Shown piece by piece: positions 18,338 through 26,987 of a stretch of 46,594 nt of DNA. The DNA is from an uncultured Bryobacteraceae bacterium (lineage in GTDB: Bacteria; Acidobacteriota; Terriglobia; Bryobacterales; Bryobacteraceae), in assembly GCA_964247955.1 (NCBI GenBank), contig CAXTWT010000002.1, positions 1 through 46,594 on the forward strand, written 5' to 3'. The notes beneath the pieces were generated by a model that was given only the letters and a program-made list of their open reading frames with translations, had not been told where the DNA came from and ran no database searches. Position 1 is the first letter of the stretch; each line of letters opens with the position of its first letter. Made by a program: the position numbers and the translations under genes.

Positions 18338-19479
18338 TCACAAACCATTCGACTCTTCTTGCGTTTTCAGGAACACATCGCTTTCACTTACACCGCGTTG
18401 CACATGGAGTGTGATCGTCTCGCCCGGTCTTTGCCGAAAAACGGCGGCATCCAACTGACGAACGCTTCTCACCTTTTTCCCGTTCAGCGCCAGAATAATG
18501 TCGTCCGGTTTGATTCCGGCGGATACGGCAGGACCATCCGGCTCGACATCCGAAACAATCACGCCGCGATCCGTTTCGAGGCTCAGACCATCCGCCATGA
18601 TGGGATTAATCGTTTGCACCACGAGCCCCAGCTTGGCGCGATGAACATGACCCTGTGTTTTTAGTTGTTCGTAGACTAACGTGGCAACATTGCTCGGAAT
18701 GGCAAATCCAATGCCTTCGCTGCCGCCGGATTGCGTCATGATAAAGGTGTTGATGCCTACGACTCGCCCCTCAGCATCGAGCAAAGGACCGCCGCTATTG
18801 CCGGGGTTGATCGGAGCATCGGTTTGGATGTAAGCCATGGCGTCATCCGGCTTGATCTGTCTGGAAACAGCGCTGACCACTCCCAAACTCACCGAATGAT
18901 CCAATCCGAGAGGGCTCCCGAGCGCCAGCACCAGTTGGCCCTGCTTCAATTCATTGGAGTCGGCAAACTCGAGGTAAGGAAGATTCGTTCCCTCCACTTT
19001 GATCACGGCCAGATCGGTTTCAGTATCCATTCCGACAAGAGCCGCTGTGAACCCGCGACCCCGGCTGAGGCCCGAGCCGGTCTGCATTTTCCCCCCGGAC
19101 GGCTGGCGAGATGAACCCGGAGACTATGCGCTCCTCTCACGGCATGCGCGTTCGTCAGAATATAACCATCCGGGCTGAGGAGCACACCCGAAGCACTGCT
19201 GTTTTGACTGGTGAGCAGCGCGCCCCCGTTGTCCGAGTTCCCCGGGCTGTACGTGTGCGCAAAAATCTCGACGACCGCCTGGCCGGAGTGTTCCGAAATC
19301 TCTTCAAACGAACTACTTAGCTCCTGGAGAACTCCTGTTTTCCCAGGCGGCGGCATTTGCGGCGGCTTTCGGTGCGAAGATTCCGCAGTAGCCCGCTCAC
19401 GGCTCGCCGATTGAGAAAACCCATTGGTGAAACCTATCCCGACGGTTAACAGCATGGCAACAACGCCCTTGCCTTTCAT
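18338..19479 (-). pseudogene. HtrA/DegP-family serine protease: frameshifted and 3'-truncated
   Basis: Signal peptide MKGKGVVAMLLTVGIGF (ATG 19479, GGAGAG upstream). Trypsin-like domain with GSGVLLSPDGYILTNAHAV, DLAVIKV and GNSGGPLLD, followed by one PDZ domain. The frame breaks at the G6A4 run (plus strand ttttcccccc, 19087-19096). The stop codon 18338-18340 lies inside the putative IS66 end. Confidence 0.85.
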
Positions 19480-19871
19480 ATCCTCTCTCCTTTCCCGGTC
19501 ACAGGCCCTATGACGACCCATGATCGAGAGGCCGTTTCTCCGCTGCCACTTCGTCGTGTTCAGCCGGAATCGAAAGGGAAGATGGCGGCAGGACACCCGT
19601 TGGGGTATCGGGATGGGCACTGGCGTTCCTGCCTCTACTTCAATCTTCCCTCTTTCCCACCTTAATAGGTTTGCTTTAGCAGGGAAATACTCTCACGGCA
19701 GTAATTTTTCAGTTATGAAACAGCAGTTCATCGCATTCGTTTCTCGTCCGCTTTGGAAAAAAGGTATCACTCATCGTTTTTCGTGGGATATCCATAACAG
19801 ACGCGCACGCGTTCTGGTGTGAGTTCTTCGTGAAAATACCCCTGGGACAGTATTGATCCCTGTACCGGTCC

Positions 19872-19925
19872 TTTTCATAGTGATAGTAGAGCGCCATACC
19901 GGGCGCTCTACTATCACTATGAAAA
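19872..19925. repeat. Perfect 24-bp inverted repeat with 6-nt loop overlapping a start codon
   Basis: TTTTCATAGTGATAGTAGAGCGCC (19872-19895), loop ataccg, GGCGCTCTACTATCACTATGAAAA (19902-19925). I checked it base by base. The right arm contains the ATG at 19919. Confidence 0.9.
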
Positions 19926-20536
19926 TCACAGTAGCAACTTTACTTGTTTGGTCCTCTTTCGCCCTGCTGAGTTCGGGCCAGACATTCGACAAGTTCACCT
20001 TCGAGGGCGGCGGCGGCGTTTCTTTTCCCGTCGGTTCGGCCAAAGACCGTTTAAATACGGGCTATAACTTTCTACTCGGCGCGGGCTGGAAGTTTACCCC
20101 GGAGATCGCGGGCCTGCTCGAATTTCAATACGATCATTTTTCGCTGACGAACAACGCCCTGGCCGCATTCAACCAGCCGGACGGGTTCAACCGCTTCTGG
20201 AGTTTCACCCTGAGTCCCCGATATTATATACACCCGAAAAGCAAGTTCAGCGGATACGGTACCGCCGGCTATGGGTTGTACTCCCGCACGCTGGCCTTTA
20301 CTGATCCCTCGCAGGCGGTTGGCTATTGCGATCCCTATTATGGGTATTGTTCCTCCTCCGGCGCTCCTATTATTGCGGAGTTCACGAATTACAAGGGCGG
20401 GTTTAATGTCGGCGGCGGCATCACCTACGCTCTCGGGGAGAGTGGATTCAAGTTTGTCAGCGACGTTCGATACAACCGTTTTTTGTCGCACGCCAATAAC
20501 GAGTTCATGACGCTCTCGTTCGGCGTCCTGTTTTAG
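19919..20536 (+). CDS. Outer-membrane beta-barrel protein (OmpA-barrel/OmpW-like small porin family)
   Basis: Signal peptide MKITVATLLVWSSFALLSSGQ, alternating beta-strand pattern, aromatic girdle residues, and a C-terminal ...MTLSFGVLF. Confidence 0.75.
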   Translation: MKITVATLLVWSSFALLSSGQTFDKFTFEGGGGVSFPVGSAKDRLNTGYNFLLGAGWKFTPEIAGLLEFQYDHFSLTNNALAAFNQPDGFNRFWSFTLSPRYYIHPKSKFSGYGTAGYGLYSRTLAFTDPSQAVGYCDPYYGYCSSSGAPIIAEFTNYKGGFNVGGGITYALGESGFKFVSDVRYNRFLSHANNEFMTLSFGVLF

Positions 20537-20707
20537 AGTCGATGGATCTTCCGCAGGGTGATGGATAATCGCTCTGCTCTATCTACTAAGGTTTTTATCG
20601 ATCAATACTGCCGGAACCGTATGGACGATCCTGTTCGCAAGCTGTAGCGTGGAATCAGCATCCTGTCACAAAAGCAAAGCTTGCTATAGAGCGGGAAAGG
20701 GCAATCG

Positions 20708-21235
20708 ATGGCACTCGAATTTTTCAAACGACTCTTTGCCGGGAGCGGGTTACAGCAACGAACGAACAGTACTCATAATAAGACACGAACCATTCTGCTC
20801 GTTTCAGCACACCGATCGGAATGCGACACAATACGTACGTTCTCGCTGCGCTATGGTTGGCATTTGCTTGTAGCCTCAAACCTCACTGTCGCAGTCGCGC
20901 TTCAGCAGCAGGAAAAGGCGTCGGTTATTTTATATGACCAGGACTTGCGGGACATCGAGTGGTCCGAGGGAGCAGTCGTGCTGCTCAAGACGAAGCCGTC
21001 GGCCTGTCTGATTCTACTTTCCTTCGCACCTGACGAGAGACTATGCCTTGCACTTCTGGCACTCGGTGGCTACGAGGTCGCCCGAAAACCCTTGACTCTC
21101 GGCGCTCTTACCCCGCTCATTCATGGATATGAGGCGCTTCTGCAGGAAATCGACTCTGTCGGTCTAGGTTCTATCCACCACGGTAGAACTCATCGGCAAC
21201 TTGGCGGGAAAGAATCTGAGCTCGACCGGGGTTAA
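20708..21235 (+). CDS. Stand-alone degenerate receiver-like domain protein
   Basis: 175 aa. RTILLVSAHRSE...ASVILYDQDL...CLILLSF...LALGGYEVARKPL follows the CheY-fold strand pattern, but the N-terminal acidic pair is replaced (SAH). Confidence 0.4.
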   Translation: MALEFFKRLFAGSGLQQRTNSTHNKTRTILLVSAHRSECDTIRTFSLRYGWHLLVASNLTVAVALQQQEKASVILYDQDLRDIEWSEGAVVLLKTKPSACLILLSFAPDERLCLALLALGGYEVARKPLTLGALTPLIHGYEALLQEIDSVGLGSIHHGRTHRQLGGKESELDRG

Positions 21236-21360
21236 CGGACTGATCTCCTCCAGCGAATGGGATATTTCGGATCTCAGGAAGGATACTCTGTGCCGGCGCG
21301 TGATCTCTTCTCGTAGCGCATTTACAAATCGGTGCCGTCCTTCGCTCAAGAGGATGACCG

Positions 21361-22128
21361 TTAGGCGCGTTCGGTGAGGCGCTGGTTCTCCCGGATAGAT
21401 TTCACGAGAACTTCGGGAACCCTCAGATGATCGAGAGCATCGTTTACAGTTTGAAAATCGGCTTGTAATTGCAGGATGTCCTTCTGCAGGCGTAAAGCCA
21501 TTTCTCGCCTATCATATCCGGCTGCCAACAAGCAGCATAGTTCTTTTTGGTATTCCGAAAATGCCCCCTCGCCCGCCCATCTTTGCGCCGGACCTCCTAA
21601 AAAATGCCTGCTCATCGCTGGGCTCAGAAACAGACGACCGTTGGCCACAGCGTGAATGGCAGGCACGAGATCCGCTGGCGCTGCATCGGCCATGACGTAT
21701 CCTCTCGCTCCGGCCCGGAATGCTTCTCCCACGTAACATTCATCCGTGTGAGCCGTCACAAAAACCGTTTTTGACAACCCGTCCCTCATAGCGATCTCGC
21801 GCGCGGCCGCTATCCCATTGAGATGGGGAAGCGCCACCTCCAGCAGAATAATCTCCGGATGCTTATAGTTCGCCAGAACTACCGCCTCCCGCCCATTCGC
21901 CGCCTCGGCGATCACCCGGAATTCCGGCTCGCGTTCTAACAGCGACCGGAGGCTGCTGCGGATAATGGGATGGTGATTGGCGAGAAGAATACGTATCGGC
22001 GGCATGGGATTAAAGAGGTCGTCGGCGTACGGATCAGATGGGTTGAGTGTACCGGCTTTTTTGGCGCTTCGCCATCCTGTCGCGACAGTAGTCCCGGCGT
22101 GTTCGATCGAGTAGAGCGCACGGGTCAT
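21361..22128 (-). CDS. Atypical NarL/LuxR-family response regulator (phospho-acceptor Asp replaced)
   Basis: Receiver-like IRILLANHHPIIRSSL...PEIILLEVALPHLNG...VFVTAH...GARGYVMAD plus a degenerate LuxR-type HTH (EYQKELCCLLAAGYDRREMALRL). The likely start is the internal Met at 22005 (MPPIRILL). Confidence 0.75.
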   Translation of the reverse strand: MTRALYSIEHAGTTVATGWRSAKKAGTLNPSDPYADDLFNPMPPIRILLANHHPIIRSSLRSLLEREPEFRVIAEAANGREAVVLANYKHPEIILLEVALPHLNGIAAAREIAMRDGLSKTVFVTAHTDECYVGEAFRAGARGYVMADAAPADLVPAIHAVANGRLFLSPAMSRHFLGGPAQRWAGEGAFSEYQKELCCLLAAGYDRREMALRLQKDILQLQADFQTVNDALDHLRVPEVLVKSIRENQRLTERA

Positions 22129-22355
22129 CCTTTGCTCGATCAGATCAGCCGTTTAACAGCGGTCGGACGCTGGCAAGAGTAGCGGGAGAATAGGCCCGGT
22201 CTGGTAGCTTTTTGCCGCAAAAATCCCCTCAGCACAGTATGGCGAACTCTGCGGAAATGCAAGATAGTAAAGCTAAGGCTCTTGGCTAACTCGGATCATG
22301 ACCGGAGCAGCTCTTCGAGAGAGTCTTTCCACGCTGAAAAGTAGAGTCAACAGAC

Positions 22356-23063
22356 ATGCCTGATTTGAAGACCGTTTCCGAACAAACCATTGCACGGCTC
22401 CAACAACTCGATGGTTGCTTAGTTTCAAACGCGATTGAGCAGTTTCACGTCCGACTCCGCAATGAGGGTTTCATGAACGCTTCCGTTCGCTGCCAGTATC
22501 CGGGTTTCTCGCCCCGAGTGGGTTACGCCGTAACGGGACGCATTCGGACCTCCTCCACTCCCCTGCAAGGGCGCTGTTATTACGAAAATATGGATTGGTG
22601 GTCGTATCTCGTGACGGTTCCGACCCCGCGTTTTGTCGTGATGCAGGACTCCGATCACATTCCGGGTATCGGCGCCTTTGTGGGCGAGATCCATGCCAAC
22701 ATTGCCGTGGCGCTCGGCTGCACCGCTTATGTCACCAATGGATCGGTGCGCGACTTGGCTGGTGTCGAAGCAACCGGTTTGCAAGTCTTTGCGGGTAACG
22801 TCTCGGTTTCCCACGCCTACGCCCATGTCACGGATTTCAGTTGCCCCGTGGAAGTGGCCGGTTTGGTGGTGAAGCCGGGTGACCTGCTGCACGGGGATCA
22901 GCAGGGAGTGCAGTTGATCCCATCCTTCATTGCCGATCAGCTTCCGGCGGCGGCGGATGATCTTCTCGAGTATGAAAAGGAGTTAATTGCTTTCTGCCGC
23001 TCACCCACTTTCTCTTTGCAGAAACTCTCCGAGAAAATCAAACACAGGCAGAGATCAGCGTGA
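22356..23063 (+). CDS. RraA / HMG-aldolase / demethylmenaquinone methyltransferase-like family protein
   Basis: 235 aa. ...VVMQDSDHIPGIGAFVGEIHANIAVALGCTAYVTNGSVRDLAGVEATGLQVFAG....PGDLLHGDQQGVQLIP matches the RraA-like fold signature. Confidence 0.65.
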   Translation: MPDLKTVSEQTIARLQQLDGCLVSNAIEQFHVRLRNEGFMNASVRCQYPGFSPRVGYAVTGRIRTSSTPLQGRCYYENMDWWSYLVTVPTPRFVVMQDSDHIPGIGAFVGEIHANIAVALGCTAYVTNGSVRDLAGVEATGLQVFAGNVSVSHAYAHVTDFSCPVEVAGLVVKPGDLLHGDQQGVQLIPSFIADQLPAAADDLLEYEKELIAFCRSPTFSLQKLSEKIKHRQRSA

Positions 23064-23308
23064 GCGCCCTGGATCTGTCCCATCAAGCAACGAAATAAAG
23101 AGGCCACGATCTTCCTGCTTTTTGCGCTCCGCCTGGATAGCAGCAAAACCGGAATAAACTTGTTATCAAGCAGTATGTCAGTTTTTCAGAATGTGTCCCT
23201 GTGTCCCTTCGTACAACACGTTCAAAGCGGGCCGGGAAATTTCCCCTATAAAATCTGGAGTGTTGTTGCGCTTGGTTTCCGAATCCGACCGCAGGGAAGC
23301 GGGCCGTC

Positions 23309-24673
23309 GTGATCGAGAGTGGTCGCCAAACCCGTCGACTTCTCTTCATCGGCTTCGGCGGATTGTTGATTCTCCTCGCTTTCGCCGGTTGGAATGCAGT
23401 GTCCGTTGTCCGCACTATTCAGAACCGCAATGAGCAGATTCGTAAGGAGTACCTATCCCGTGACCGTGTGCTCGAACAGCTTCGGTCTGATCTTTATCTT
23501 TCCGGAACCTACGTCCGCGATTTACTCTTAGAGCCCGATCCCGCCCTGGCCGATCTTCATCGAAAAGAGTTGGATGCCGCGCGTTCCCGCATCCACACGA
23601 ACATCACTTTGTATGTGCGTATTCTATTGCCTGAAGAACACTTGCCTTTTCAGCAGTTTGTGGATGAACTCCACCGGTACTTTGACTCCCTCGATCCGGT
23701 TCTGACCTGGAGCCCTGCGCAACGGCGGGAGCTGGGCTATTCTTTCATGAAGCACTCTCTTTTGCCGCGAAGAACGGAGATGGTCGGCTTAACGGACCGG
23801 CTCAGTGAACTCAACCAGAAGCAGCTCGAAGCGGGCAATCGGCAGGTCAAGGAGCTCTTCACGAGTTTTCAACAGACTCTCCTTGTCATCATGATCCTTT
23901 CGCTCCTCTCCGGTGCTGTTCTGGCTGGCGTGAGCATTCGCCGTTTATTACGATTGGAAAAAGTTTCCGTTGTACGCTTGCAAGAAGTGATGCAGGCTCG
24001 TTCCGACCTGCAGGATCTCTCGGCACGCTTGCTGGAAGTACAAGAATCAGAGCGGCGGGCCATTTCCCGAGAATTGCACGACGAGGTGGGTCAATCGGTT
24101 TCAGGCTTGCTCTTGGGCATCGGCAATGTGGCGGCAACGCTCTCGCCGGAGGTGAATGCGGGAGCTTTGGGTCAGCTGCAGGAATTGCGCGGTTTGGCAG
24201 AAAAAACCGTGGCGGTGGTTCGCGACCTATCGCTCCTGCTCCGGCCCTCGATGCTCGACGATTTGGGACTACTGCCGGCCTTGCAGTGGCAGGCTCGTGA
24301 GATTTCCCGCACCAAAAACATTTCTGTTCGAGTTTTTGCGGAGGAGGTGTCGGAAGATACCTTGTCGGAGGAACAGAGGACCTGCGTGTACCGGGTTGTC
24401 CAAGAGGCGTTACAGAACGTCGTCCGGCATGCGGAGGCAAAATTTGTGCAGATTCATCTCAGTGCGAGCGCTGAAAGCGGTTTGATGCTTCTCATTCAAG
24501 ACGACGGTCGGGGCTTCATCCCCGCCCGCGAGCGAGGGGTGGGGCTGCTGGGCATGGAAGAACGAGTGCGCCATCTGAAAGGGAATTTTTCTGTCGAGTC
24601 GCAACCAGGCAATGGAACCTCCCTTCGCATAGAATTACCAATTTCGGAATTGACGAAAGCGAGAATGAGTTAA
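23309..24673 (+). CDS. Sensor histidine kinase, NarX/LiaS type (HisKA_3)
   Basis: GTG start. TM - four-helix-type extracytoplasmic domain - TM, H-box ERRAISRELHDEVGQ, and an ATPase domain (QEALQNVVRHA...IQDDGRGF...GVGLLGMEERV). Confidence 0.9.
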   Translation: MIESGRQTRRLLFIGFGGLLILLAFAGWNAVSVVRTIQNRNEQIRKEYLSRDRVLEQLRSDLYLSGTYVRDLLLEPDPALADLHRKELDAARSRIHTNITLYVRILLPEEHLPFQQFVDELHRYFDSLDPVLTWSPAQRRELGYSFMKHSLLPRRTEMVGLTDRLSELNQKQLEAGNRQVKELFTSFQQTLLVIMILSLLSGAVLAGVSIRRLLRLEKVSVVRLQEVMQARSDLQDLSARLLEVQESERRAISRELHDEVGQSVSGLLLGIGNVAATLSPEVNAGALGQLQELRGLAEKTVAVVRDLSLLLRPSMLDDLGLLPALQWQAREISRTKNISVRVFAEEVSEDTLSEEQRTCVYRVVQEALQNVVRHAEAKFVQIHLSASAESGLMLLIQDDGRGFIPARERGVGLLGMEERVRHLKGNFSVESQPGNGTSLRIELPISELTKARMS

Positions 24674-25321
24674 ATGCCCGTTCGCATCGTGCTCGCCGAT
24701 GATCACACCATCATGCGTAATGGACTCCGGTTGGTGCTGGAACGGCAAAGCGACTTTGCTGTCATTGGCGAGGCGAGTAGTGGGCGAGAAGCCATTGCGC
24801 TGGCGGATCGATTGACTCCGGACGTGGTCGTCATGGACATTGCCATGCCTTTGCTCAATGGGATCGAGGCGACCAAACGGATTGTCGAAGATCACTCCAG
24901 GATCGCCGTGCTGATTCTCAGCATGCATTCTGATGAATCCTATATTTTGCGAGCGTTGAAAGCGGGGGCGCGCGGCTATCTTCTAAAAGATTCAGCGGAA
25001 GCGGATCTTATCCAAGCGATCTGGGCTGTCTCTTCGGGCAAGGCGTTTTTCAGCCCTGCCGTCGGTAAAGTACTCGTCGACGATTACCTTCGTCAAATCC
25101 AGCAACGTGGCCTGGAAGACCCGTATGATTTGCTGACTGTGAGAGAACGGGAACTATTGCAGCTCATTGCCGAGCTCAAGCCGACCAAAGACATCGCTGT
25201 GCTCCTGGGGTTGAGCCCTCACACGATTGACACACATCGTGGAAACTTGATGCAAAAACTAAATGTCCATAGCATCCCAGAGTTGATCTTGTATGCCGTG
25301 CGCAAAGGAATTATCAGTTGA
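24674..25321 (+). CDS. NarL/LuxR-family response regulator (canonical)
   Basis: VRIVLADDH...PDVVVMDIAMPLLNG...ILSMH...GYLLKDS, followed by a LuxR HTH (LTVRERELLQLIAELKPTKDIAVLLGLSPHTIDTHRGNLMQKL). The start abuts the kinase stop. Confidence 0.93.
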   Translation: MPVRIVLADDHTIMRNGLRLVLERQSDFAVIGEASSGREAIALADRLTPDVVVMDIAMPLLNGIEATKRIVEDHSRIAVLILSMHSDESYILRALKAGARGYLLKDSAEADLIQAIWAVSSGKAFFSPAVGKVLVDDYLRQIQQRGLEDPYDLLTVRERELLQLIAELKPTKDIAVLLGLSPHTIDTHRGNLMQKLNVHSIPELILYAVRKGIIS

Positions 25322-25325
25322 TTGT

Positions 25326-25526
25326 TTAAAGTTTGTATGAGTAATGAAGAATCCTAGGAAAGGGCTCGTCTACTGTCACATGGCAGCGAAATTCATGCCG
25401 GGACAGTATTTCCAGAGGGGCCATATCCTCGTACAGTAAAAGACGAGCCACACCCACAACGCGCTTCGATACTCCCTTGCTCTCTTCTTTATTCATGCTT
25501 TCGCTCACTGTTATCGGCTTTCTCAC
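25326..25526 (-). CDS. Hypothetical small protein
   Basis: 66-aa ORF. GTG start is preceded by AAAGGAGG at about -9 spacing. No recognisable family. Confidence 0.25.
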   Translation of the reverse strand: MRKPITVSESMNKEESKGVSKRVVGVARLLLYEDMAPLEILSRHEFRCHVTVDEPFPRILHYSYKL

Positions 25527-25749
25527 AACCTATCGCCTCCTTTACCGGCCAATGAACTCCGGGAAGCCTCAACCACTGGAAAATCTTGGCTGCCAGCAAA
25601 TCGTGAACCACGAGATCCGATGAGCGCCTACGGGGTCGCCCCTTGTCGAACCTGCCTCCCTGTCCTGGTCTCGCGCACTTTCGGCCACTCGTTTCGAGAC
25701 GGCGGGGTGGTCGCTGGAAGAAATCAGAGCGATCTGAGCACCCACACTT

Positions 25750-26985
25750 ATGCGTAAACGAACTGTTTTTGTTCTGGTCATTCTCTTCCTGGTTGGCTTA
25801 CTGAGCGCCCTTCTTTTTACCAGGAGGGGAAGGAACCCCGTTTCGGAGAGCGCGGTCTCTCCCTTGCCCACCGCTTCAGTCGCTCCTGTCACGCGGGGGA
25901 CGATCTCGAGCAACCTCAGAATTGCGGGCCAATTTACGCCTTATCAGGAAGTGGATCTGCACGCGAAGGTATCGGGCTATATTCGCCGCATCAATGTCGA
26001 TATCGGTGACCGTGTGCGAGCCGGGCAGACGATTGCCATTTTGGAGGTGCCGGAGTTGAACGCGCAAGTGGCGGGCGCGCAAGCCGAAGTCCGGCATAGC
26101 CGATCGGAGATTGTGCGCGGCCAGAGTGAAGTGACGCGGGCCGAGTCCAATTATGCGGCCATCCACGCCGCTTACACCCGGCTGAAACAGGCTTCCGAAC
26201 AGCGCCCCGGCTTAATTGCACAGCAGGAACTGGACGATGCGCGCGCGAAAGATCAGAATGCCGAAGCGCAAATCAATGCCGCTAAAGCAACGCTCGAAGC
26301 GACCCAGCAGCAGCTCGGCGTGTCGCAAGCAAACGACCAGCGCGTGCAAGCGATGTCCGACTACTCGGTCGTGACCGCACCCTTTAACGGTGTAGTCACC
26401 AGGCGATATGCCGATACCGGCTCCCTGATTCAGGCCGGGACCGCCTCGAACACACAAGCTCTCGCGCTGGTAAGCCTCGCACAAAGCGACCTGCTCCGGC
26501 TCCGGATGCCGGTCCCAGAGGCTGACGTCCGCTTCATTCAACCCGGAGAGGCCGTGCAAGTCACTGTACAAGGCGCCGCCCGAGTCTTCACCGCCAAAAT
26601 CACGCGCTTCACGCGCGCTCTGGATGCAGCCACGCGCACCATGCTGGCTGAAGTCGATGTGCCCAACGCCGATCTCAGCTTAACTCCCGGAATGTACGCC
26701 GATACAGAGATCGTGCTGCAGCGGCATGATCATGTGTTAAGTATCCCCACACAGGCGATTGTGCAAGACGCCGACCGCCCCTACGTGCTGGTAGTCAATG
26801 CCGCCCAGCGGGTCGAAAGAGAGAACGTTCAACTGGGCATCCAAGGCCAAAACAGAACCGAGATCACCGCCGATCTTGCGGAAGGCAATTTAGTCATCCT
26901 CTCAGGACAAACGAACTACCAAGTCGGCGAACTGGTCCGCCCGCAAGTAGCCCCTCCCTCGACCAGCCAGAAAGAGGCCCAGTAG
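25750..26985 (+). CDS. RND efflux periplasmic adaptor subunit (HlyD/AcrA family)
   Basis: 411 aa with an N-terminal anchor MRKRTVFVLVILFLVGLL, a lipoyl-like domain plus a long coiled-coil hairpin (..AQVAGAQAEV..ATLEATQQQL..), and VVTAPFNGVVTRR. Confidence 0.9.
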   Translation: MRKRTVFVLVILFLVGLLSALLFTRRGRNPVSESAVSPLPTASVAPVTRGTISSNLRIAGQFTPYQEVDLHAKVSGYIRRINVDIGDRVRAGQTIAILEVPELNAQVAGAQAEVRHSRSEIVRGQSEVTRAESNYAAIHAAYTRLKQASEQRPGLIAQQELDDARAKDQNAEAQINAAKATLEATQQQLGVSQANDQRVQAMSDYSVVTAPFNGVVTRRYADTGSLIQAGTASNTQALALVSLAQSDLLRLRMPVPEADVRFIQPGEAVQVTVQGAARVFTAKITRFTRALDAATRTMLAEVDVPNADLSLTPGMYADTEIVLQRHDHVLSIPTQAIVQDADRPYVLVVNAAQRVERENVQLGIQGQNRTEITADLAEGNLVILSGQTNYQVGELVRPQVAPPSTSQKEAQ

Positions 26986-26987
26986 GA

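Larger units (their letters stand above)
12778..18341 (+). mobile_element. IS66-family element carrying a padR-ADOP cassette between tnpB and tnpC (boundaries tentative)
   Basis: tnpA, tnpB and tnpC are all present and co-directional, but they are split by 3.1 kb. The putative ends are GTAGCCTTTCC.. (12778) and ..GGCAAAAATG..CCGAAAGCTCAC (ends 18341, read inward as GTGAGCTTTCGG, close to the family GTAAGC start). The end repeats match only weakly. No 8-bp duplication is present (gacaggac vs aaaccatt). Confidence 0.6.

Noticed and set aside
12770-18349. The search for convincing IS66 terminal inverted repeats and an 8-bp target duplication.
   Set aside because: Only a loose match (GTAGCCTTTCC / GTGAGCTTTCG) was found, and the flanks differ. 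The boundaries given in the feature table are provisional, and no duplication is claimed.
21164-21349. A 61-aa minus-strand ORF with a faint LuxR-HTH-like LTPVEL.. segment.
   Set aside because: It overlaps the 3' end of the 20708..21235 ORF, and the resemblance disappears after a few residues. It is probably non-coding.
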